A stretch of DNA of 64,000 nucleotides from Candidatus Shapirobacteria bacterium. GTDB lineage: Bacteria > Patescibacteriota > Microgenomatia > UBA12405 > BS750m-G30. This document shows positions 46,877-57,613 of the stretch, in pieces. The DNA lies in contig JBDRHA010000007.1 in NCBI GenBank assembly GCA_043817235.1, positions 73,212-137,211 of the forward strand, given 5' to 3'. Made by a program: the position numbers and the translations under genes. A model generated the notes under the pieces. That model had not been told where the DNA came from. It saw only the letters and a list, made by a program, of their open reading frames with translations, and ran no database searches. Position 1 is the first letter of the stretch; each line of letters starts with the position of its first letter.

Positions 46877-48430
46877 TTGGCGGGTAAGCTAATAGTGAAA
46901 AGTTGCTTAAAGAAAAAAATCAGAATTTATGATTTTGAATTTAGTTTTCAGGAATTAGCTATTTTTATTTTGCTGATATTTATTTTTTTTGCTTCTAGGC
47001 TAATAAATCTAACCGGTTTGCCAATCTTTGCTGATGAGGCGATTTATATTAGATGGTCCCAGGTGATGAGAGCAGAAGAAACTTTGAGGTTTTTACCTTT
47101 ATCTGACGGCAAACAGCCTTTTTTTATGTGGCTGGTTATACCTTTTTTAAAAATCCTTAAAGACCCGTTGGCGGCCGGCAGATTTGTTTCGGTTTTATCA
47201 GGATTTTTAACAATGCTGGGATTAGGCAGTCTTGTTTATTACCTCAAAAGATCCGTTAAGCACAGTATGGGAATAATGGCTCTATATATTATTATTCCGT
47301 ATACTCTTTTTTTTGACCGAATGGCTTTAGTTGATAGCTTGCTTTCGGCCTTTGGGGTCTGGGGTTTGCTTTTTGCTCTTTTGCTTGGGGAATACAGAAG
47401 ATTGGATTTAGCTATGATTTTGGGCCTAATTTTAGCCGGAGGCTGGCTAACCAAAAGCCCGGGTTTATTTCTGGTTTTATTGTCGCCTCTGGCTGTTTTT
47501 GGAAGCTACTATCAGAAAAGAAAAACTTTTATACATAAAGAAGCTTCAAGGTTAGCCATATTATCGGCAGTGAGCGTTTTTTTTGCTTTTGTGGGATATA
47601 ATATTTTGCGTTTAGGTCCTAATTTTCACCTTATTGCCCTGCGTAACAAAGATTATGTTTGGCCTTTAAAAGAGATCTTGAAACATCCTTTTAATCCTCT
47701 TATTCCCCATTTAAAAGATGTTTGGCGTTATTACACCGCTTACTTAACTATTCCCTTGTTTGCTCTAGGGTTTTTAGGGATATATCGCGGATTAGCTAAA
47801 AAGGATTTAAGATTCTATTCTTTAGTTTTTTTATCATGGTGGCTTTTGCCATTGTTTATCCAGTCGGCGGCGGCAAAAGTTTTTACCGCTCGCTATCTTT
47901 TGTATGGCGTGCCAGCTTTTTTGTTATTTATTTTCCTTGGCCTAGAATTTACAAAGGATATTTTTAAAAATAAACGAGTTTTCTATTTTTTTGTTTTTTT
48001 TCTTTCTTTTCCGGCATTGTTTTTTAATTACCGACTTTGGACCAATGCGGTTAAGGCGCCATTGCCCAAGGACGAGTATAGGGGCTATTTAGAAGATTGG
48101 ACAGCAGGGTGGGGAATAAAAGAAGTGGCCCAATATTTAAAAACTATTTCTAGAGAGAAGGGAATAGTGGTGGGAACAGAAGGATATTTTGGAACCTTGC
48201 CCGATGGCTTGCAGATTTACCTAGAAAAAGAAGCAGATATTAGCGTGATTGGCGTAGGATTTCCGCTGGAGACCTTGCCGGAATCTTTGACTAATGCCCA
48301 AGAATATGGCAATCAGGTATACTTGGTGATTAATAAAAGCCGGTTGGGATATCCGAGAGTTGAAGATTGGGAGCTAATTGGCCAGTATTCTAAGCCGGGC
48401 GGCGACGAGCTGCTTTTTTATAAGCTTTAA
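46877..48430 (+). CDS. GT-C (ArnT/PMT-like) membrane glycosyltransferase
   Basis: PIFADEAIY.RW, DGKQP, GRFVSV, FFDRMALVD, TK, ARY. Confidence 0.75.
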   Translation: MAGKLIVKSCLKKKIRIYDFEFSFQELAIFILLIFIFFASRLINLTGLPIFADEAIYIRWSQVMRAEETLRFLPLSDGKQPFFMWLVIPFLKILKDPLAAGRFVSVLSGFLTMLGLGSLVYYLKRSVKHSMGIMALYIIIPYTLFFDRMALVDSLLSAFGVWGLLFALLLGEYRRLDLAMILGLILAGGWLTKSPGLFLVLLSPLAVFGSYYQKRKTFIHKEASRLAILSAVSVFFAFVGYNILRLGPNFHLIALRNKDYVWPLKEILKHPFNPLIPHLKDVWRYYTAYLTIPLFALGFLGIYRGLAKKDLRFYSLVFLSWWLLPLFIQSAAAKVFTARYLLYGVPAFLLFIFLGLEFTKDIFKNKRVFYFFVFFLSFPALFFNYRLWTNAVKAPLPKDEYRGYLEDWTAGWGIKEVAQYLKTISREKGIVVGTEGYFGTLPDGLQIYLEKEADISVIGVGFPLETLPESLTNAQEYGNQVYLVINKSRLGYPRVEDWELIGQYSKPGGDELLFYKL

Positions 48431-50139
48431 TGAAAAGAATTTTTCTGATTTTGGTTTTAATCAGTGCTTTGCTAGCTTCTTTCCGGCTTTTTGGGTCGGG
48501 TTTTTTTACTATGCACGATGACCTGCATGTTAGCAGGCTTTACGAGATGGATAGTTGCTTTAAAGACCGCCAATTTCCTTGTCGCTGGGTTCCGGACATG
48601 GGTTTTGGATATGGTTATCCTTTGTTTAATTTTTATCCTCCACTTCCTTACTACCTTGGCGAAGTCTTTCACCTTATTGGTTTTAGTTTAATTAGCAGCG
48701 TGAAGATTGTTTTTATTGTGGAAATATTTTTAGGTGCTTTTTTTATGTATTTACTTGCCAGCCACTTTTGGGGGCGTTGGGGTGGATTGTTGGGCTCAGT
48801 TTTTTACACCTGGGTTCCCTATCATGCTTTAGATATTTTTGTTCGGGGCGCACTAAGCGAATTTATGGCTGTTGCCTTTTTTCCGGCAATATTTTGGATT
48901 ATTGCTGAGATTATTAATAAAGGCAAAAAAAAGCACTTCCCTTTGCTGGCATTATTTTATGGCGCCCTTCTGCTTTCCCATAATATCATGGCCATGCTCT
49001 TTACTCCGCTTATTGGCCTTTGGATAATATTTTTGTTACTGGTCAGGGAAAAAAGAGATTTTAAATTACTGCTAAAAATAATCTTGGCTGGCTTTTGGGG
49101 GCTGGGTCTGGCGGCCTTTTTTACTTTGCCGGCTTTTTGGGAAAAGGGCTTGGTTCACGTGGAAACGATGTTCATGGGCTATTTTAATTATCTTGCTCAC
49201 TATACTTCTTTAAAACAATTATTTTTAGACCGCTTTTGGGGTTTTGGGGCTTCAGTTTGGGGTCCTGAAGATGGGATGTCTTTTCAGCTGGGCCACTTGC
49301 ACTGGATTTTGCCTCTGATAATCCTAGGTTTAGCAATTTTCCTTTATTTTAAATCTAAAACCAAAAAAATGAAAAGTAAAAATAAACACTTTTTGCTCTT
49401 AGTATCTTTTTGCTTTATTTTAGCCTTGGGGATTATCTTTCTTACTCACCCTCGTTCTGTTTTTATCTGGAAAGCTCTTCCGTTTTTAGAATATCTTCAG
49501 TTTCCGTGGCGATTTTTGGCAATTGCTACTTTCTTTTTAAGTTTCCTTTCCGGGGGCTTGACTTTTTTTGTGCCTAGGGGAAAAAGGCCTTTTTGGATGG
49601 GAGCGATAATCGGCGGGGTAATTTTACTTAACTTTAATTTTTTTCAGCCGGAAAAGAGAATTGAGATTACTGACCAAGAAAAGTTATTCTCTTTGGAGGG
49701 CTGGCATCGCTTGCAGACCGATGCCATCTTTGATTATCTTCCCAAGTCTGCTCCTTTTCCGCCTACTTCTTCAGCGCCGGACACGGTGTTGTTAAAAGAG
49801 GAGAATAGTGGCAATCAGCTGGCAGTAGAGAACTTCCAAAAAGGCACGAATTGGTTTAAATTTAGAATTAATCTTGAAAAAGAAGGGGAAATTATGCTGC
49901 CGGTTTATTTCTTTCCTCAATGGCGGGGCTGGCTGGACAAGAATGAAGTAGAGCTGGGCTACGAAAAGGACCTAGGAAGAATCATAATGAGAGTGTCTTC
50001 CGGGGAGCACATGGGCGAATTGCGTTTAACCAATACGCCAATTCGCTCCTGGGCTAACCTTGTTTCCCTGCTTTCTTGGTGGGGACTGCTAGGATATTTT
50101 TTGGCTCCAATATTAGGGAAATTAGTGCCTAAAAGATGA
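48430..50139 (+). CDS. PTPS-related / YfhO-like membrane protein (probable GT-C)
   Basis: HDDLH..R, RWVPDMG.GYGYPLFNFYPPL, RGALSE, SHN, QFPWRFL. Confidence 0.75.
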   Translation: MKRIFLILVLISALLASFRLFGSGFFTMHDDLHVSRLYEMDSCFKDRQFPCRWVPDMGFGYGYPLFNFYPPLPYYLGEVFHLIGFSLISSVKIVFIVEIFLGAFFMYLLASHFWGRWGGLLGSVFYTWVPYHALDIFVRGALSEFMAVAFFPAIFWIIAEIINKGKKKHFPLLALFYGALLLSHNIMAMLFTPLIGLWIIFLLLVREKRDFKLLLKIILAGFWGLGLAAFFTLPAFWEKGLVHVETMFMGYFNYLAHYTSLKQLFLDRFWGFGASVWGPEDGMSFQLGHLHWILPLIILGLAIFLYFKSKTKKMKSKNKHFLLLVSFCFILALGIIFLTHPRSVFIWKALPFLEYLQFPWRFLAIATFFLSFLSGGLTFFVPRGKRPFWMGAIIGGVILLNFNFFQPEKRIEITDQEKLFSLEGWHRLQTDAIFDYLPKSAPFPPTSSAPDTVLLKEENSGNQLAVENFQKGTNWFKFRINLEKEGEIMLPVYFFPQWRGWLDKNEVELGYEKDLGRIIMRVSSGEHMGELRLTNTPIRSWANLVSLLSWWGLLGYFLAPILGKLVPKR

Positions 50140-51593
50140 AAGCGGGGGATTCTTTGGAATTAAGACATAAAGCTTTTGCTGGAGTAAGTGCTTTGGTCAT
50201 TAGGAATATTTTCCTTCAGCCAATTTCCTTCTTTGGTTTTGTTTTTCTTTCTGTTTTTTTGCAAACTTGGGAATTAGGTGTATTTTGGGCTGTTTCCGAG
50301 GTGGTTGGGTTTTTAGGCTATTTTTCAGATATCGGGCTTGCTGCCGCAGTTATTCAAAAGAAGAAGGAACCCGGTGTCAAGGAACTGCGTACTATTTTTA
50401 CTATCCAACAGCTGCTGGTGTTAATCTCCATTGCCGCCGCTTTTTTACTTACACCCTTCTTGGAAAGAAGATTTGATTTCGGCTCCGGCCGTTTTCTTTA
50501 CTGGACCCTTTTATTTGGATTTTTTGCCTCCAGCTTAAAAACAATCCCTTCAGTTCTCTTAGAAAGAAAATTAGCTTTTTCCAAAATTGCCCTTATTGAT
50601 CTAGTGGAGCAATTAATTTTTACTTCACTGGCTGTATTTTTAGCCTGGAAGGGATTTAGCGTAAACAGCTGGGCTTGGGCAGTCTTAGCTCGTTCTTTAG
50701 CGGGCTTGGCTTTAATGTATATAATTTCTCCCTGGCCGCTGGGGATTAGCATGGATATCGGTTCAGTTAAAAAGCTTTTTAGTTTTGGCCTTCCTTACCA
50801 AATTAATTCTTTGCTGGCAATGCTTAAAGACCGATTAATAAATATTTTTTTATGGGGAATTTTAGGCAGCACTGGGGTGGGAATTTTAGGCTGGGCCCAA
50901 AAATGGGCGGCCCTGCCGGCGCGGTTTTTAATGGATTCAGTGATCCGGGTTACCTTTCCGGCATATGCCAAATTACAAAATGAGAAAGAAAGGTTAAAAA
51001 AAGCTTTGGAAAAAAGCTGCTTTTTAATTAATTTGCTGATTTTGCCGATTTTAACTGGAATGGGTTATTTGATGCCTTTAGTGGTGGTAATTTTCCCTCA
51101 ATATCAAAAGTGGCAAGTTGGCCTTACTCCTTTTTTCTGGTATTTGGGTAATTTTGGCTTGGGAGTAATTACTACGCCCTTGGTTAATGCCTTTAATTCA
51201 GTCGGAAAGGTAAAAATTACTTTAAGGCTAATGGTTTTTTGGACTCTCATGACCTGGTTTATCGTTCCTGCTTTGGCTAGAATTGAGGGGGTCAACGGAG
51301 CTGCTTTGGGTTTATTTTTGGTATCAGGAAGCTCTTTTGTTGCTTGGCTTTTAGCGAAAAGAGAATTTGGGGTTTCTTTTAGGAAGATTCTCTTTGTCCC
51401 TGTTGCCGGCAGTTTACTGATGTTTTTATCTTTGATTATAGTGGATTCTTTTTTGCCAACGGGAATTATTAAATTAGTAGCTTTAACCTTAAGCGGAGGT
51501 CTTGTTTATTTGGCCTTTGCTTATCTTATGGCTAGGGCTGAGTTTATTTGGTTATTTGCTGTTGGCGCTAGATGGTTAAAAAGAAAAAAATAA
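50136..51593 (+). CDS. Wzx-type oligosaccharide flippase (MOP superfamily)
   Basis: FSDIGLAAAVIQ, LERKLAF, FSFG, VTFPAYAKLQ; 12 or more TM segments. Confidence 0.88.
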   Translation: MKAGDSLELRHKAFAGVSALVIRNIFLQPISFFGFVFLSVFLQTWELGVFWAVSEVVGFLGYFSDIGLAAAVIQKKKEPGVKELRTIFTIQQLLVLISIAAAFLLTPFLERRFDFGSGRFLYWTLLFGFFASSLKTIPSVLLERKLAFSKIALIDLVEQLIFTSLAVFLAWKGFSVNSWAWAVLARSLAGLALMYIISPWPLGISMDIGSVKKLFSFGLPYQINSLLAMLKDRLINIFLWGILGSTGVGILGWAQKWAALPARFLMDSVIRVTFPAYAKLQNEKERLKKALEKSCFLINLLILPILTGMGYLMPLVVVIFPQYQKWQVGLTPFFWYLGNFGLGVITTPLVNAFNSVGKVKITLRLMVFWTLMTWFIVPALARIEGVNGAALGLFLVSGSSFVAWLLAKREFGVSFRKILFVPVAGSLLMFLSLIIVDSFLPTGIIKLVALTLSGGLVYLAFAYLMARAEFIWLFAVGARWLKRKK

Positions 51594-53277
51594 TTTTTAG
51601 GCCTAATCTGAGTTTGGCTATCCTGCTTTTTTTGGGGACAATTTCGCTGTCGTTGACTATGGTTCGCAGCGGGTTGGCTACTAGGTGGGGTTTGGGATTT
51701 TGGGGCCCCAATGGCCACGATGGAATTTGGCATCTGGCTGTTATTAATCAAGCAATAAAATCTTTTCCTCCTGTAAACCCGATTTTCTCCGGTTCCGGGC
51801 TGACGAATTATCATTTTGGCTACGACATTTTAGTGGCTTTACTTAGTAAGATTTTTTTTCTGTCGCCAAGAATTCTTTATTTTCAGCTGCTGCCGGTGGC
51901 GACTGCTTTCTTTTTGGGGCTGCTTTCTTTTTGGGTGGGAATGAAGTGGAAGAAAGATTTTTGGACCGGATTTTGGTTCGCCTTTCTTAACTTTTGGGCA
52001 GGTTCTTTGGGCTGGATTGTTACCTTGGTGCGTGAGGATAAAGTTGGCGGCGAATCTATGTTTTGGTCTATGCAGTCATCGTCCACCCTGATTAATCCCC
52101 CTTTTGCTCTTTCTTTAATTTTTTTACTCTGGGGAATGTTTGGCTTGCTAAATTTAAAAAATTGCATTTAAAATCAATCCTGTTTTTGGGCTTGCTTTTT
52201 GGCTTGATTATTAACATCAAGGCTTATGGTGGGCTAGTAGGTTTATCTGCTTTAGGGGGCTACTGTTTTTTTGAATTTTTAAAGGGCAGAAAAAAGACAT
52301 CTCTTATTTTTTTAACAGCATTTGGATTTAGCCTGGGCACCTTTTTTATTACCAATAAAGGCGGAATATCTCTTTTTGATTTTAACCCCCTATGGTTTGT
52401 GCACTCCATGATTGAGTCTCCGGACCGTTTTTACTGGCCTAAGCTCGCCTTGGCTCGCTATTATCTATCTGCAAATGGTTTGGGCCTTCGGTTAGTTTTA
52501 GTAGAGCTTTTTGGCATAAGCATTTTCTTACTTGGCAATTTAGGAATTAGGGTCATAGGTTTAGTTGAGCTAGTAAAAAAGACTATTAGTAAAAAAATTA
52601 GAAATTTTGACTGGTTTTTAATTTTTGGTTTGCTTGCCTCTCTTTTTCCGGCATTTTTGTTTACTCAAAAAGGGACTGCTTGGAATACGATTCAGTTTTT
52701 TTACTATTTTCTTTTTTTTCTTAATCTTTACACAGCTTCTTTTTTGTCCCGTTTAAACCAGAAAAGGGGAATTTTTGCCAAATTATTTTTAGGTTTATTA
52801 TTAATAATAACTTTGCCTACCTCCTTGTCCAGTTTAAGGGGATACTTGGGCGCTAATCCGCCTGCTGTTTTGCCGGTTGAAGAAAGAGCCGGATTAGATT
52901 TTCTTAAGAGTAAGCCCGAAGGAGTAGTTTTAACGTATCCTTATGACGCTTATCTTAAGGCTGATTTTCCCACCCCGCTTCCTTTATATGTATATGAAAC
53001 TACAGCCTATGTTTCCGCCTTTTCCCAAAAAATTAGTTTCTTAGAAGACGAAATGAACTTAACCATTGTTGGGGCCTCTTGGCCGAAAAGGAAAGAAGAA
53101 GTAGAAAATTTTTTTGAAACTGAGAACCAAGCGCTAGCCAGAGGCATTTTGCTTAACAACAGGATAGATTATGTTTATTTGGCGGGGGAGCAAAAACTAT
53201 CCTTATCTGAGGTTGATTTGGGATTGGAGATGATATTTAGTAATAAACTGGTTAAAATATATCAGGTGCGAAGATAA
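51572..53277 (+). CDS. Multi-TM GT-C-like protein split by an apparent 1-nt deletion near 52160
   Basis: GHDGIWHLA, NYH, GGE..FW, NPP, QKG..N.IQF shared with intact paralog 59264-61294; one extra A joins ORFs 51572-52171 and 52162-53277. Confidence 0.7.
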
Positions 53278-54219
53278 ATGGCTAAAAAACTATTAATTTC
53301 TGTAGTAGTAAATACCTTAAACGAGGAGAAAAATATTTCCCGTTGTCTATCCTCAGTAGGGAACTTGGCCAGCGAGATAGTGGTGGTTGACATGTATAGT
53401 GATGATAAAACGCGTCAGGTTGCCCGTTCTTTCGGAGCTCGGGTTTTTCTTCATGAGAGACTTAACTATGTTGAGCCGGCGCGCAGTTTTGCAATTAATA
53501 AAGCGCGGGGAAAATGGATTTTTCTTTTAGACGCGGATGAAAAAATAACTTCTAGTTTAGCCAAAAAGCTCAAGCAAATCGCTCAGGGCGATCGGGGGGA
53601 AGCCGATTATGTTTTAATTCCTCGCAAAAACATTATTTTTGGGAAATGGATTCAGAATTCTCGCTGGTGGCCGGATTATTTACCTCGCTTTTTTAAAAAG
53701 GGAAAAATAGACTGGCCAAATCAAATTCATCAACAGCCTGAGTTAAAAGGGAATATCTTGACCCTGCCGGACGTAGAAAAGTTTGCTATTGTTCATTATA
53801 ACTATGACTCCCTAGACCAGTATTTAACCAGGGCAGTGCGCTACGCTCAGGTACAGGCTGACCAGCTAGTGCGGGAGAAAAAATATAAGCTTTCTTCAGC
53901 TGATTTGGTACTGAAACCCATGGGTGAATTTTTAAGCCGTTTTTTTGTCGGTGGCGGCTATAAAGATGGTTTGCATGGCTTGGGATTAGCTGTTTTGCAA
54001 AGTTTTAGTGAAGCCTTGATTTATCTGAAAGTTTGGGAAAAAAATAGATACGAAGAAAAGAGTTTAGAAAATCGGAAAATTAAAGAAATTTTTTCCCAAG
54101 CGGTATTGGAAGTAGACTATTGGTATTCTCGCTGGTGGACAGAAAGAGCAAAGGGAATTAGGCGTACAGTTTTAGAAATAATACTCAAGATCAAAACTAG
54201 TTTGCTTAAACTCTTCTAA
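53278..54219 (+). CDS. GT2 glycosyltransferase (beta-1,4-glucosyltransferase-like)
   Basis: NEEKNI, VVDMYSDD, LDADE, WWPDY..RFF, IH, GYKDGLHG. Confidence 0.88.
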   Translation: MAKKLLISVVVNTLNEEKNISRCLSSVGNLASEIVVVDMYSDDKTRQVARSFGARVFLHERLNYVEPARSFAINKARGKWIFLLDADEKITSSLAKKLKQIAQGDRGEADYVLIPRKNIIFGKWIQNSRWWPDYLPRFFKKGKIDWPNQIHQQPELKGNILTLPDVEKFAIVHYNYDSLDQYLTRAVRYAQVQADQLVREKKYKLSSADLVLKPMGEFLSRFFVGGGYKDGLHGLGLAVLQSFSEALIYLKVWEKNRYEEKSLENRKIKEIFSQAVLEVDYWYSRWWTERAKGIRRTVLEIILKIKTSLLKLF

Positions 54220-55139
54220 TGAGTGAAAAAAAGCCGAAACTGGCTATTGTAATTGTCTCTTATAACACCAAAGACGTTCTTTTAAGGTGTTTGACTAGTC
54301 TAGAAAAGCAAAAAAAGCCCAAGGATAATTTAGAGATTATTGTAGTTGACAATAATTCGCAGGATCAAACTATAGAAAGCATAAAAAAAGAAAGATTTAA
54401 AGTTACTTTAATTGCAAACCAAGAAAATCTAGGTTTTTGCCAAGGAAACAATAAAGGCATAAAGTATGCTTTGAGCCGGGGAGCTGATTATGTAATGCTG
54501 CTCAATAGCGATGCCTATACTCAAAACTGTTTTTGGCAGCCTTTAGTTGCTTTTTTAAAGGAAAATAAAGAAGCAGGAGTTGTAACGCCGAAAATTTATT
54601 TTGCTCCGGGGCATGAATATCACAAAAAAAGGTATCAAAAAGCTGATCAGGGAAAGGTGATTTGGGCGGTAGGTGGAGTAATGGATTGGAATAATGTGGC
54701 TGGTGCTAACCGGGGAGTGGACGAAATAGACAAGGGTCAGTTTGAAAAAGCAAAAAAAGTTGATTTTGCCAGCGGTTGTTGTTTGCTGGCTAGAGCTGAG
54801 GTTTGGCAAAAGGTAAATTACCTGGACGAGCGGTATTTTATGTATTATGAAGATGCTGATTTTTGCCAAAAAGCAAAAAGTTTGGGCTGGGAAGTATTTT
54901 ATGTTCCTCAAAGTAAAGTTTGGCATTTAAACGCTAAGTCTTCAAAAGTAGGAGGCTTTCTTCAAGATTACTTTATTTCCCGCAATCGCCTTCTTTTTGG
55001 TTTGCGCTGGGCTCCTTTTCGGGCTAAACTGGCTTTAGCAAGAGAAAGCGGAAGATTACTGCTTAAGGGAAGAAAATGGCAAAGAGCAGGGGTGAGGGAT
55101 TATTATTTAGGAAAATTTGGCAAGGGGAGTTGGAAATGA
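54219..55139 (+). CDS. GT2 glycosyltransferase (rhamnosyltransferase-like)
   Basis: IVSYN, VDNNSQD, NLGF..GNN, LLNSD, SGCC, DERYFMYYEDAD, RNRL. Confidence 0.88.
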   Translation: MSEKKPKLAIVIVSYNTKDVLLRCLTSLEKQKKPKDNLEIIVVDNNSQDQTIESIKKERFKVTLIANQENLGFCQGNNKGIKYALSRGADYVMLLNSDAYTQNCFWQPLVAFLKENKEAGVVTPKIYFAPGHEYHKKRYQKADQGKVIWAVGGVMDWNNVAGANRGVDEIDKGQFEKAKKVDFASGCCLLARAEVWQKVNYLDERYFMYYEDADFCQKAKSLGWEVFYVPQSKVWHLNAKSSKVGGFLQDYFISRNRLLFGLRWAPFRAKLALARESGRLLLKGRKWQRAGVRDYYLGKFGKGSWK

Positions 55140-55899
55140 GCTTAACGGTCGCAATTATTGCCCGAAACGAAGAGGAATTAATTGGCGAAGCGATAAAATC
55201 AGCCTCTTTTGCTGATGAAATAATTATTTTTCTTAGTCCGGATTCAAACGATAAAACTAGAGAAATTGGGAAAAAATTAGGAGCAAAAGTATTACCTCAA
55301 AAAGGGAATAATTTTGCAGCTTGGCGGACTAATCTTATTTTAGCAGCAAAAAGTGATTGGATTTTTTATTTAGATGCTGATGAACGCTTTACCAAAGATT
55401 TGGCTAAGGAAGTTAAAAAGATGGTTTTCGGCAAGGGAGCAGGTAAAATCGCTGCCTATGCAGTGCCGCGGGCAAATTATTATTTGGGAAAAGAGTAAAG
55501 CATGGCGGCTCTTGGCCGGATTATGTCGAGCGCTTATTTTACAAAAAAGATTTGAAAAAATGGACAGGCAAATTACACGAAAGGCCGGTTTACAAAGGTA
55601 ATCTCGGGTATTTAAAAAATCCAATTAAACATCTAACTCATCGGGATTTAACTTCCATGCTGGAAAAAACGATTAAGTGGACTCAAACCGAAGCAAATTT
55701 GCTATATAAATCAAGTCACCCGCCGATGGCTGCTTGGCGCATTGCCAGAATGATGTTTACTAAATTTTGGGAGCGAGTTATTAAACAAGGGGCTTGGAGG
55801 GATGGCACAGTGGGTTGGATAAATTCTATTTTTGAAACTTTTAATACTTTTATTATTTACGCTCGATTATGGGAAAAACAACAAGAAAGAAAGCGCTAA
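55136..55899 (+). CDS. GT2 glycosyltransferase split by an apparent 1-nt deletion near 55490
   Basis: IIARNEE, LDADE; one extra A in GGAAAAGAG gives YLGKRVKHGGSWPDY..R, joining ORF 55552-55899 (LHE, RDG). Confidence 0.8.
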
Positions 55900-56948
55900 T
55901 TTATGATCCCTACTTAGACACTTTAGGAGGAGGGGAGCGGTATTGTTTAACCGTGGCCGAATGTTTGCTGAAAAAAGGCTGGCAAGTTGATTTTTGGTGG
56001 AGAGGAAAAGATGTTTTATCTAAGGCCAAAGAGAGATTTGGATTAAATCTTAAAGGACTTAAGATCAAGAGTTATGATTTGCGACCTCTTTTTCAAAGAT
56101 TAAGGCTCACCAGAGATTATAATTTAGTCTTTTGGCTTTCGGATGGAAGCTTGCCGCTACTGCTAGCGAGGAAAAATATTGTTCATTTTCAGGTTCCTTT
56201 TAAAAATACTTCTACAAATAAAGTTTTAGATAGAGTTAAGTTAAAATTAGTTGATCAAGTTATTTGCAATTCGAAATTTACTAAAAGATTTATTGATCAA
56301 GAATATAATACAAATTCAGTTGTTCTTTACCCACCAGTTGCGGTTGAAGAGTTTACTCCGGGTAAAAAAAAGAATATTATTCTGGGAGTTGGCCGGTTTG
56401 AGCAAACTATGCAAGCTAAAAGGCAAGATATTTTGATTAAAGCTTTTTCTCAACTATATAAAAGGGGCTACAAGGACTGGAAATTGGTTCTGGCAGGAGG
56501 ATCTTTAGGAAATCCGGAAAATAATCACTTTTTAAAAAGTTTAAAAAAGCAGGCTCTGGGCTTACCGGTTGAATTTTTGGTAAATGCTTCTTTTGTAGAA
56601 CTCAAAAGGAATTACGCTCAAAGCAGTTTTTTTTGGCATGCGGCCGGGTTTGGGGTAAACGAAGAAAAAGAACCGTGGAAGACCGAACATTTTGGGATTA
56701 CCACAGTGGAGGCGATGAGCGCTGGCTGTGTTCCACTGGTAATAAACAAAGGAGGACTTAGAGAAATTGTGCGACGCGGAGAAGGGGAGAGGTGGGAAGA
56801 AATTGACGAATTAGTTAATAGTACTATTGGTTTAATAAAAAACAGCAAAAAATATTCTTCTTGTCGAGAAGCAGCTATAAAACGTTCACAAATTTTTTCT
56901 CAAGAAAATTTTTGTTATAAGCTGGAGGCGATCCTCGAAAGAAGATGA
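55869..56948 (+). CDS. GT4 glycosyltransferase
   Basis: LGGGERY, NSKFT, YPPV, VGRF, KRQ, EHFGITTVEAMSAG. Confidence 0.9.
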   Translation: MGKTTRKKALIYDPYLDTLGGGERYCLTVAECLLKKGWQVDFWWRGKDVLSKAKERFGLNLKGLKIKSYDLRPLFQRLRLTRDYNLVFWLSDGSLPLLLARKNIVHFQVPFKNTSTNKVLDRVKLKLVDQVICNSKFTKRFIDQEYNTNSVVLYPPVAVEEFTPGKKKNIILGVGRFEQTMQAKRQDILIKAFSQLYKRGYKDWKLVLAGGSLGNPENNHFLKSLKKQALGLPVEFLVNASFVELKRNYAQSSFFWHAAGFGVNEEKEPWKTEHFGITTVEAMSAGCVPLVINKGGLREIVRRGEGERWEEIDELVNSTIGLIKNSKKYSSCREAAIKRSQIFSQENFCYKLEAILERR

Positions 56949-57613
56949 CTTTCTTAAAGGATAAGGATATTTTTAGTCAGAAGATTGCTTTGATTTTTTT
57001 GGCTTTGCTAGTTGTTAATCCCTTTACCTGGTTCTTAATTATTGGTCGAAGCAATGTTCACGTGCTTTCTTTAAATAACTTAATTCCTTTTTTGGCTGAT
57101 CCGGGGGTGATTAACGCTATTAATTTTTCTCGAGGAGAGCAACTAAAGTCTTCCTCAAGCTTATTGGCCAAATTACTCTTTAATAAAACTTATTATTTTG
57201 TTTTTTGGTTTAGCCAATTTTTAAAGCAATTTTCCTTGGCTAATTTATTTTCCTTAACTGAAGATGCGAGTGATAAAATATTTTCTGCTCCTCCTTTTTT
57301 GCTTGTTTTTGCTCCTTTTTTTGTGTATGGTTTTTTTAAATCATTTGGAAAATTAGGTTTAAAAAGGGCTGGATTTTTGATGCTTTTAATGTTTTTAGGC
57401 GGGGTAATAAGTTCTTTTTCATTAACGATGAAAGACTATAGCTTGCTCGTCCTTTCTTTTCCCTTTATTGCTATTTTTATTGCCCTGGGGATAAATTGGT
57501 GGGTTAAGTCCAAGAGGTCAGCTTATTTCCTGCTTTTTTTAGTTTTTCTTAACATGGCGATAACTTACTATAAAATATTTTTGGATTTTACTTTTTATGG
57601 ATTTGGGAAATGA
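56945..57613 (+). CDS. Membrane protein resembling a shortened GT-C C-terminal region
   Basis: Multi-TM; INFSRG...LFNK segment echoes neighbouring GT-C paralogs. Confidence 0.55.
   Translation: MTFLKDKDIFSQKIALIFLALLVVNPFTWFLIIGRSNVHVLSLNNLIPFLADPGVINAINFSRGEQLKSSSSLLAKLLFNKTYYFVFWFSQFLKQFSLANLFSLTEDASDKIFSAPPFLLVFAPFFVYGFFKSFGKLGLKRAGFLMLLMFLGGVISSFSLTMKDYSLLVLSFPFIAIFIALGINWWVKSKRSAYFLLFLVFLNMAITYYKIFLDFTFYGFGK

Noticed and set aside
1940-55500. Frameshifts in serS (~1950), the serine recombinase (~30650), a GT-C gene (~52160) and a GT2 gene (~55490) as programmed frameshifting or phase variation
   Set aside because: Each is repaired by adding one A in a short A or purine run, and one hits an essential synthetase; sequencing or assembly indels are the simplest explanation. 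Raw reads would decide.
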